32,000 bases of DNA from Opitutales bacterium (GTDB lineage Bacteria > Verrucomicrobiota > Verrucomicrobiia > Opitutales > Oceanipulchritudinaceae), in assembly GCA_016928295.1 (NCBI GenBank), contig JAFGLA010000045.1:5819-37818 (forward strand), given 5' to 3'. The notes below the pieces were generated by a model that searched no databases, had not been told where the DNA came from, and saw only the letters and a list, made by a program, of their open reading frames with translations. Of this stretch, positions 24,409 through 32,000 are shown piece after piece; within the stretch, counting starts at the first letter, position 1, and every line of letters begins with the position of its first letter. The position numbers and the translations under genes are program-made.

Positions 24409-25830
24409 TCAGAAATAGAGCCATTCGGCGGACATATCGCTCATAATCTCCCACCAACCGATACCGGGATAGACGTAACCCCACCCGTAATCGGAAAAGT
24501 CGCTCTTGTAGAACGCAGTCCAGTAATTGGCGCCCAAGTCGGCATCCATCCCGTCGTAAAGATAGAACCAGTTGTTATCGGTATAGCTGTAAACCCAGGG
24601 AAAAAAAGAATCGTCTATCCAACCCCAATCGTCCGACCACTTGATGCCAAGAGCATCCTCTGGCTCGAACGCGGAAACTCGCGGTGAAAGGACCTCCATC
24701 ATGCCCTCGACTACATCGCTGTCAGCCACGCTGTTGGTGCTTCGGTCAATCAGGCCCAAGGAATTGGCTATGTATGGAAAGCCCGCGTCCCAAACCATCA
24801 GCACCATGCCGCTGCGCGAAGCCACCTCTGTGCAATACTTGTAGTAGTGAACCCGCGAAGCCTGATGCAGCGCCAGATTATCCCCGCTTAGTGAACGCTT
24901 GATAGCCCCGAATTCGCCGATGATGACAGGAATGCCCTTGTCAACGAACTTGGTCTTCATCATCCCGAAGAAAGAATCGACAGTGCTCTCTTCACCCCAT
25001 GTGGCATTGTGGGCCGTATCCGTGCTGGAATGGTAATCCTCGCCCCAGTAGTAGGCCATGCTGCCCCAGGACGCGTCCTCGCTCATCAGGCAGAACTGGT
25101 AGGGAGTGTAGTAGTGAACCTCCACAATGAGGCGGTTGCCGATGCTGTCCGTCGGCATGGTGTTCATCAAGTTGTTGGTCTTCTCGATGTCCGTTGACGG
25201 GCCCTGAATCACGAGCGTGCGGGATGCATTGTTCGATCCCGTTGCACGCACCGCGTCGATAAAAGTCTGATGGTAGGAGAGCAATACGGCCATGCCAGTA
25301 GCATCGCTGACGTCCGGCTCGTTGGCGCTCGCGAAGAGCAAACGCTCATCGTAATCCTTGAAATACTCGGCAATCTGTGTCCAGTACTGCTCCTGCTTGG
25401 CGTTGACGGAGGCCTGCGCCGCCTCGGTGCAGTTTTTCTCCAGCCAGCCATTGTCCCAGTGGCTGTTGAGGACTACATACATGTCCGCAGCGATGCAGTA
25501 ATCCACGACTTCTTTCACGCGGGCCATCCAGTCCGCATCGATGACACCGTTCGTCGCGTAACTGTCCCACGCGCAAGGGACGCGAACGGTGTTGAATCCG
25601 GCAGCCTTGACAGAGTCTATCAGCGCCTGCGTTGTGACGGGGTTGCCCCAGGCAGTCTCGCCGCCTATGGCTTCGAGCGTATTGCCAAGGTTCCAGCCGA
25701 TTTTCATCTCGCTGGCTACAACTTGCGCTGTCGGAAGTTCGGTCAGTGCCTCCGCTCGACATATTGTGCCGAACAGGGCCAAGGCCAGACACGTTTTGAA
25801 TAGTCTTGGTGTAGTGATGAGGGGTCTCAT
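24409..25830 (-). CDS. Secreted glycoside hydrolase family 5 (cellulase/mannanase-type) with a C-terminal aromatic-repeat module
   Basis: Signal peptide MRPLITTPRLFKTCLALALFGTICRAEA. GH5 blocks: MKIGWNLGNTLEA, FASANEPD (acid/base NEP) and VIIGEFGA (nucleophile). The last ~83 aa are Trp/Tyr-rich repeats. Confidence 0.85.
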   Translation of the reverse strand: MRPLITTPRLFKTCLALALFGTICRAEALTELPTAQVVASEMKIGWNLGNTLEAIGGETAWGNPVTTQALIDSVKAAGFNTVRVPCAWDSYATNGVIDADWMARVKEVVDYCIAADMYVVLNSHWDNGWLEKNCTEAAQASVNAKQEQYWTQIAEYFKDYDERLLFASANEPDVSDATGMAVLLSYHQTFIDAVRATGSNNASRTLVIQGPSTDIEKTNNLMNTMPTDSIGNRLIVEVHYYTPYQFCLMSEDASWGSMAYYWGEDYHSSTDTAHNATWGEESTVDSFFGMMKTKFVDKGIPVIIGEFGAIKRSLSGDNLALHQASRVHYYKYCTEVASRSGMVLMVWDAGFPYIANSLGLIDRSTNSVADSDVVEGMMEVLSPRVSAFEPEDALGIKWSDDWGWIDDSFFPWVYSYTDNNWFYLYDGMDADLGANYWTAFYKSDFSDYGWGYVYPGIGWWEIMSDMSAEWLYF

Positions 25831-25933
25831 TTCTTGTTCTGTAACTAATTGTTAAGCTACGACTTACCCACAGAACCCGAGTCCGCTCATTTGCCGATGT
25901 TTTACAACCGCAAGAAGCGTTTACAAAGAGGCT

Positions 25934-27778
25934 CTATGGTCTCGTAACTTTGCCATTTTTACCGAACATGCGGCGTATAACAAGCCACGACTCGGCAATA
26001 ATCCAGCATTCGAGAAAAATCACAAGAACCCCTATTACTGCCAACGGGATATTGCTACCGTCAATCCACGGCTTTCCGCCGCTGCCGCCGATAAAGACCT
26101 GCCACACTATCGCCCAAAGAGGCAGTATCAGCATCAAGGCACAAGGGAGAATCACCATCCAGACAGGCTTACCGCGTTCGAGCAAGTAGGCCACAAGGAC
26201 AAGAAAGGCCAAGCCTACGACCAACTGGTTTGTAACGCCAAAGAGAGGCCACAGAATCAGTCCCCCGGTCCCGACAGAGTCCCAGCCCCAGTCTTTCCCG
26301 GGGGCGGGAACCATGGCCAAGGCGCCAGCCGTCAACACGGCGAACAAAGTAGCCCCGTGGCGACTCTCCAAGAACCTGCCGATCATGGACCATGCGGGCT
26401 TGCGCTTTGGCAAGGACTCGTCAAGCGGCTCGGTCGAGCTTCCGAACATCGCATGGGACAGCTCTTCAACAACGTAACGCTGAAGCCTGCACGCGGTGTC
26501 CATCGAGGTACCGGCAAAGCTTGCGACAAACAAGCCCATCAGGGCCACAGAATAGCTGTCCGCAAAGCCGAGCGCGCCAAGGAAATTGCCCGATCCGTGC
26601 ACGAATGCGCTAACGCAGGGACCAAGGCCGGACATGCTGCCCCATGATGAATAGGTAGCCTCCCATGCGGCCCCGCCGTAGAGCATTACTCCGTCCTTTC
26701 CCGCCATTCCAAGGCCGATACCGGCCCCGCAGGCAAGAAGCACGATCACGGCCAGAAAGCCTTCGCTCAACATGCCGCCGTAGCCTATGGGAAGGGTGTC
26801 AGGCTCGGCACTCAATTGTTTGCTAGTGGAGCCACTGCTTACGATATTGTGGAAACCGCTCACCGCACCGCAGGCCACGGTGATGAACAAAAACGGCAGA
26901 AATGGCGGAGCGCCAGCCGGATGCAGGTTGAACGCGGGAGCGAGCATCACAAGCTCCCTGTTGCCCGACACGGCAAAAATCAACCCCAAAACGAGAAGAA
27001 CGCAGAGGGTGATAAGCTGCAAGGAATTGATGTAATCTCTGGGCTGAAGTAGCACCCACACCGGCAGAACCGAAGCAACGTAGGAGTATGCAAGCAAGAC
27101 AAGAACCCATGCCCACACCGGCCACAGGCTTAACATGGTGTTAAACTCGTGCAGCGGCCCCCAGTCGCCAAACATTACAGAAAGATACATCAAGACCAAT
27201 GCCAGAACGGACGCAGGGAATATGCGCCTGCCGCTGCGATGCAGCCAGCAACCGATGCCAATAGCCAATGGAATCTGCACAAGGCAGGGGAAAATCGCAC
27301 GCGGGAACATCCTGAACACGCTTGCCATGACCAGGCCCAGAACCGCCAGAAATATGGCAAGAGCCAGAAACACCATGGCAAGAAAGAGTATTCGCGCCCG
27401 TTTGTTGATGAGCCTGCCCGCGATGTCTCCCACGGTGCGCCCGTCATTACGAATGCTGATGACAAGAGCGCCCATGTCGTGAACAGCGCCGATAAATATC
27501 GACCCGAAAACTATCCATAAAAGAGCGGGGACCCAGCCCCACAGGACGGCTATGGCCGGCCCCACGATGGGACCTGTACCGGCGATTGATGCGAAATGGT
27601 GCCCGAAGAGCACCTCGCGGGAAGTGGGCACAAAGTCTCGCCCGTCGCTCTTATAAACTGAAGGACAGACGCGGGATGCGGAAAGCTGAAAGAGCTTCGC
27701 CCCAAGCCAACGCCCGTAGGTTCTGTAAGCCAAAATGTAGGCAAGGGCCGCGACGACGGCGATCAGGAGCACTTTCAT
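25934..27778 (-). CDS. cstA: Carbon starvation protein A (CstA-family pyruvate/peptide transporter)
   Basis: FGHHFASIAGTGPIVGPAIAVLWGWVPALLWIVFGSIFIGAVHDMGALVISIRNDGRTVGDIAG is the signature CstA N-terminal block. The protein is a 614 aa polytopic membrane protein. Confidence 0.93.
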   Translation of the reverse strand: MKVLLIAVVAALAYILAYRTYGRWLGAKLFQLSASRVCPSVYKSDGRDFVPTSREVLFGHHFASIAGTGPIVGPAIAVLWGWVPALLWIVFGSIFIGAVHDMGALVISIRNDGRTVGDIAGRLINKRARILFLAMVFLALAIFLAVLGLVMASVFRMFPRAIFPCLVQIPLAIGIGCWLHRSGRRIFPASVLALVLMYLSVMFGDWGPLHEFNTMLSLWPVWAWVLVLLAYSYVASVLPVWVLLQPRDYINSLQLITLCVLLVLGLIFAVSGNRELVMLAPAFNLHPAGAPPFLPFLFITVACGAVSGFHNIVSSGSTSKQLSAEPDTLPIGYGGMLSEGFLAVIVLLACGAGIGLGMAGKDGVMLYGGAAWEATYSSWGSMSGLGPCVSAFVHGSGNFLGALGFADSYSVALMGLFVASFAGTSMDTACRLQRYVVEELSHAMFGSSTEPLDESLPKRKPAWSMIGRFLESRHGATLFAVLTAGALAMVPAPGKDWGWDSVGTGGLILWPLFGVTNQLVVGLAFLVLVAYLLERGKPVWMVILPCALMLILPLWAIVWQVFIGGSGGKPWIDGSNIPLAVIGVLVIFLECWIIAESWLVIRRMFGKNGKVTRP

Positions 27779-27926
27779 GGCAGCAAGCTAGGCGTAAGGG
27801 CTGCGAAGGCTCCAATACACGCCAAAGTCTCGATGAAATCAATCAAATCAACAAAACTTAGAAAGCCCCCCCAAAAAACACGTGTACGGTTTGAGTATTC
27901 TCCCCTTTAAGGCTAAATTCGTCCAC

Positions 27927-28664
27927 ATGAGAACTGCAACTGGCCTCGCATATCTGTTTGCGGCTCCGCTCATGCTGGCAGCCTATACGGCGAATGCTGC
28001 CGAATACAACGGAACACTATCGTACGTTAACCTAGTGTCTTCTGGGTTTTATGCTGAAAACGATCATCCGCAGGAAAACGGCTGGGAAGACTCATCTGTA
28101 TTGACCTGGCTTGTCAGCAACGAAGAGGCAGGTGCACCCTCAGGCTACACATGGTTTTACAGTTACAAAATTACCGTGGCGGATTTCGCCCCTGTTCGCT
28201 GGATGATCGAGACGGGAAGCGGCTTCAATTCCAGCAATATCGACCTGTCGAGTGTGAAAATCTACGATAGTTCAAGCAACCTAGTTGCTTACGATACTGC
28301 AAACATCAGCTTCGGAAACTTTTCATCCTCGACAACAGGACTTAGCAGCTTTCCTGAAGAACGTTACGGAATGTTCTGGGCCGCCACTGGATCAGGTGGA
28401 AATGATTCGCATGAGACGACTTTGACCTTCTGGAGCAACGTTGCGCCAGAATGGGGTGATTTATACGCAAACTGCGGAGGGAACGGCAACAGAGGCTGGA
28501 ATTCAGGCTTCCTGACCTCCACTCCACTGGATGCGGCAGCGAGTGGAAGCATACAAAACCACGTTCTCACCCCGGGAACTGTTCCAGAACCAGCCAGCGT
28601 GTTGCTCATCGCACTTACTGGAGCTTGTGGAGCAATCATCCGACAGAGAAAGAGAAAGATTTAA
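27927..28664 (+). CDS. PEP-CTERM-sorted secreted protein of unknown function
   Basis: Signal peptide MRTATGLAYLFAAPLMLAAYTANA. The C-terminus VPEPASVLLIALTGACGAIIRQRKRKI has the PEP motif, a TM helix and a basic tail, which is the PEP-CTERM/exosortase sorting signal. The track start at 27882 is a GTG; the ATG at 27927 is preferred. Confidence 0.75.
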   Translation: MRTATGLAYLFAAPLMLAAYTANAAEYNGTLSYVNLVSSGFYAENDHPQENGWEDSSVLTWLVSNEEAGAPSGYTWFYSYKITVADFAPVRWMIETGSGFNSSNIDLSSVKIYDSSSNLVAYDTANISFGNFSSSTTGLSSFPEERYGMFWAATGSGGNDSHETTLTFWSNVAPEWGDLYANCGGNGNRGWNSGFLTSTPLDAAASGSIQNHVLTPGTVPEPASVLLIALTGACGAIIRQRKRKI

Positions 28665-28697
28665 AACCTTTCCCTAGGGTTGCTGAACTCGACAAGG

Positions 28698-28736
28698 CAA
28701 ACCGGTGCACGAAAACGTGCACGGCGTCTCGTCTTT
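28698..28736. terminator. Possible bidirectional terminator between the PEP-CTERM and clpX genes
   Basis: GTGCACG (28705-28711) pairs with CGTGCAC (28716-28722): 7 bp with an AAAA loop. Short T-containing runs follow on both strands (GTCTCGTCTTT on plus, TTTGCCTTG on minus). It is weak. Confidence 0.4.
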
Positions 28737-28790
28737 ACCCCTGCTCAACGGCACTTAGCAACGATAGGACTTGCGTCACCCTTGCACGGT

Positions 28791-30128
<1,338 letters not shown>

Positions 30129-30161
30129 TGCTCTATATTTCACCCTGCCAGAACGGCGTAA

Positions 30162-30770
30162 TTAGGCGCTCTTCTCGTCCTTCTTGAACTTGAGAACCTG
30201 GTCTATAATGCCGTAATCCTTGGCCTCCTGCGCGGTCATGTAATAATCGCGGTCGGAGTCTTTCTCAATCTTTTCAATCGGCTGACTTGTGTGTTCGCAA
30301 AGCACTTCGTTGATAACTTTGCGCCAGCGCAGTATCTCGCGAGCCGCGATTGAAATGTCCGTAGTCTGGCCGGAGATGCCGCCCTTGGGCTGATGAATCA
30401 TCATGCGGCTGTGCGAGAGCGCATACCGCTTGCCCGGCGTGCCCGCAGCGAGAAGCACCGTGGCCATGCTGGCCGCCTGCCCCATGCAGTAGGTTTTGAT
30501 GTCGCAGGAAAGGAAGCGCATCGTGTCGTAGATGGCCATGCCGTCGGTGATGGAGCCGCCCGGGCTGTTGATGTACAGCTGGATGTCCTTCTTGGGGTCT
30601 TCCATCTGAAGCAGCAACATCTGCGCGATAATCGCGTTGGCGACGTAATCGTCGATGGGCGTGCCGATGAAAATGATGCGGTCCTTCAGCAGGCGGCTGT
30701 AAATATCCCAATGGCGTTCTGTGCGACCGTCGTTCTCGACAACGTTTGGTAATGGAAGGTAATAGCTCAT
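30162..30770 (-). CDS. clpP: ATP-dependent Clp protease proteolytic subunit ClpP
   Basis: [25 protein letters not shown]...[13 protein letters not shown]; catalytic Ser context GQAASMA; MIHQP. Confidence 0.95.
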   Translation of the reverse strand: MSYYLPLPNVVENDGRTERHWDIYSRLLKDRIIFIGTPIDDYVANAIIAQMLLLQMEDPKKDIQLYINSPGGSITDGMAIYDTMRFLSCDIKTYCMGQAASMATVLLAAGTPGKRYALSHSRMMIHQPKGGISGQTTDISIAAREILRWRKVINEVLCEHTSQPIEKIEKDSDRDYYMTAQEAKDYGIIDQVLKFKKDEKSA

Positions 30771-31029
30771 GGGTAAAAAGATAATGTATGCCGCTGAAAG
30801 GTTCCTACAACAGGATATAATAAAAAGCGCGCTTCGCTACAATGGTTTATAGCTCGCGATGCGTGTAAACGCAACCAGAGCTTTGCACGTTTTGTCTCCT
30901 CTCCGCCTCGTTGTGACAAGAAAAAGGAAACGCAGCACAACGCACATGCCACGCAATACCCTCTGGACAGCGTTTTGAATGCGGCTCCCCAGACTAGGCA
31001 AGAGAACGCACGGAACAGCTTATTCCAGA

Positions 31030-31069
31030 ACAACTACCCCACCCCCCGATAAATTATCAAAGGGCGGGG
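31030..31069 (-). terminator. Possible terminator after tig
   Basis: CCCCaCCC (31037-31044) pairs with GGGcGGGG (31062-31069). The single A/C opposition becomes a G.U pair only in the minus-strand RNA. The loop is 17 nt, and a moderately T-rich tract (TAGTTGTTCT) follows on the minus strand. Confidence 0.35.
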
Positions 31070-31091
31070 CAATGTATCCGGCAAGACGCTT

Positions 31092-32000
31092 CTAGTGGCT
31101 GTGCTCGTGGCCCTCTTCTGCGGGAGCGTCCTCGCTCTCCACAACATTGGCCTTGTCCGCGAGCATTTCCATAGTCTTGTCCAGAAGGATGTCGCGCTGC
31201 ATCAGGCGGATGGATTCGCGGTTCTTCTGAAGCTCCTTCACTATTTCTTCAGGACGGATGCGCATACGCATGGCCTGATTCATGATGGCGCGGTTGAGGT
31301 CCTCGTTTGTAACCTCGACCTTTTCCTTGCGGGCAATGGCGCCGACGATGAAATTGCGCTTGGTCTGCAAGGTGGCAATTTCCGTAGCGTTGGCGTGCAG
31401 GGATTCCTTGTTCTTTTCGAACTCTTCCTGCGGGACGCCGCGCTGCATGTTCTCGCGAATAATCTGCTCAAGAACAACGCCTGCCTCGTGGTCGATGGCG
31501 CTCTGCGGCATCTCGAACTGGCACTCTTCCATGAGCTTGCGGGCGATCTGCTCGCGCTGGCTCATGCGGCGCTCGTACTGCTTGCGGCGAGTCATCTCGG
31601 TCTTCATGCGCTCCTTGAGCTGCTCGACGCTCTCGACCTGGATGCTCTTAAGGAAGTCCTCGTTAAGCTCCGGCAGGACGCGCTCGCGCACCTCGTGCAC
31701 GGTGACCTTGTAAACACCCTTCTTGCCACGCAGGCCCTCGACCTCGTGGTTGTCTTCAAAAGTCTGTTCGACTTCCTTCTCGTCACCGGCCTTCATGCCG
31801 ACGATGCCCTCGATAACAGCGGGAACGCCCAGCGTGTTCGGGCCGACTTCCGAGGCTTCTTCCCAAGTGTTTTCCTGGGTGCCCCAGATCTTGCGGTCGG
31901 TCATCTCGGCGATGTCCTGCCCGTCAATCGTGCCCTTGTAGCTTACCTTGACGTAGTCGCCAAGGTTCACTTCGCGCTCAACCGGGTTGTAGGAAGCGCG
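31092..32000 (-). CDS. tig: Trigger factor (C-terminal two-thirds; the N-terminus lies beyond the window end)
   Basis: The frame stays open from 31970 to nt 32000 (RASYNPVERE precedes VNLGDYVKVSYKGTIDGQ), so the gene is truncated by the window. It has a PPIase-domain start (GD.V...Y.G.IDG) and a long helical C-terminal domain. The tig-clpP-clpX order is conserved. Confidence 0.9.
   Translation of the reverse strand, partial: RASYNPVEREVNLGDYVKVSYKGTIDGQDIAEMTDRKIWGTQENTWEEASEVGPNTLGVPAVIEGIVGMKAGDEKEVEQTFEDNHEVEGLRGKKGVYKVTVHEVRERVLPELNEDFLKSIQVESVEQLKERMKTEMTRRKQYERRMSQREQIARKLMEECQFEMPQSAIDHEAGVVLEQIIRENMQRGVPQEEFEKNKESLHANATEIATLQTKRNFIVGAIARKEKVEVTNEDLNRAIMNQAMRMRIRPEEIVKELQKNRESIRLMQRDILLDKTMEMLADKANVVESEDAPAEEGHEHSH

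Noticed and set aside
30767-31033. 88-codon minus-strand ORF in the 320-bp tig-clpP spacer whose TGA overlaps the clpP ATG (ATGA)
   Set aside because: The overlap looks like translational coupling, but the peptide (MFWNKLFRAFSCLVWGAAFKTLSRGYCVACALCCVSFF...) is Cys/Phe/Leu-rich and nonsense-like. The region is AT-richer than coding DNA, and it should contain the clpP promoter. I saw no CIRCE or clear sigma-32 element either.

Overview
This is a GC-rich (by eye, high-50s % GC; not computed), gene-dense chromosomal segment. I support about 24 protein-coding genes on both strands, and almost all are housekeeping. Envelope biogenesis genes at 653-7342: a YdbH/AsmA-like giant membrane protein, a LolA-like secreted protein, fabH, a BamD-like and an LptE-like gene, followed by rpe. 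Lipid and central metabolism: an OlsF-like two-domain acyltransferase, an IMPase-family phosphatase, a class-I glutamine amidotransferase (GATase), UDP-glucuronate decarboxylase, aspC, a FAD oxidoreductase, mdh, a peroxiredoxin, a GH5 glycanase and cstA. The conserved tig-clpP-clpX block lies at the right edge, with tig truncated by the window end. Several traits suggest a diderm of the PVC superphylum (Lentisphaerota/Verrucomicrobiota/Kiritimatiellota-like): a PEP-CTERM sorting tag, prepilin-type N-termini, BamD/LptE, an aromatic Trp/Tyr-repeat tail on the GH5 enzyme, and a near absence of Shine-Dalgarno motifs. That placement is inference only. I found no rRNA, tRNA, CRISPR array, transposase/integrase or recognisable defence-system gene, so most of the window is ordinary core genome. 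Three things are worth a second look. (1) A compact archaeal/eukaryotic-style family-B DNA polymerase gene is translationally coupled to two prepilin-type (pseudopilin-like) genes as an isolated three-gene unit (16788-20144). (2) A 4-hydroxybutyrate-CoA-transferase-like domain, with apparently degenerate catalytic motifs, is fused to a Pat-type GNAT domain (20257-22134). (3) Two unrelated ~150-160 bp single-axis imperfect palindromes sit in intergenic, probably transcribed, positions (479-638 and 24075-24224). All product calls rest on motif recognition from memory, not on searches.
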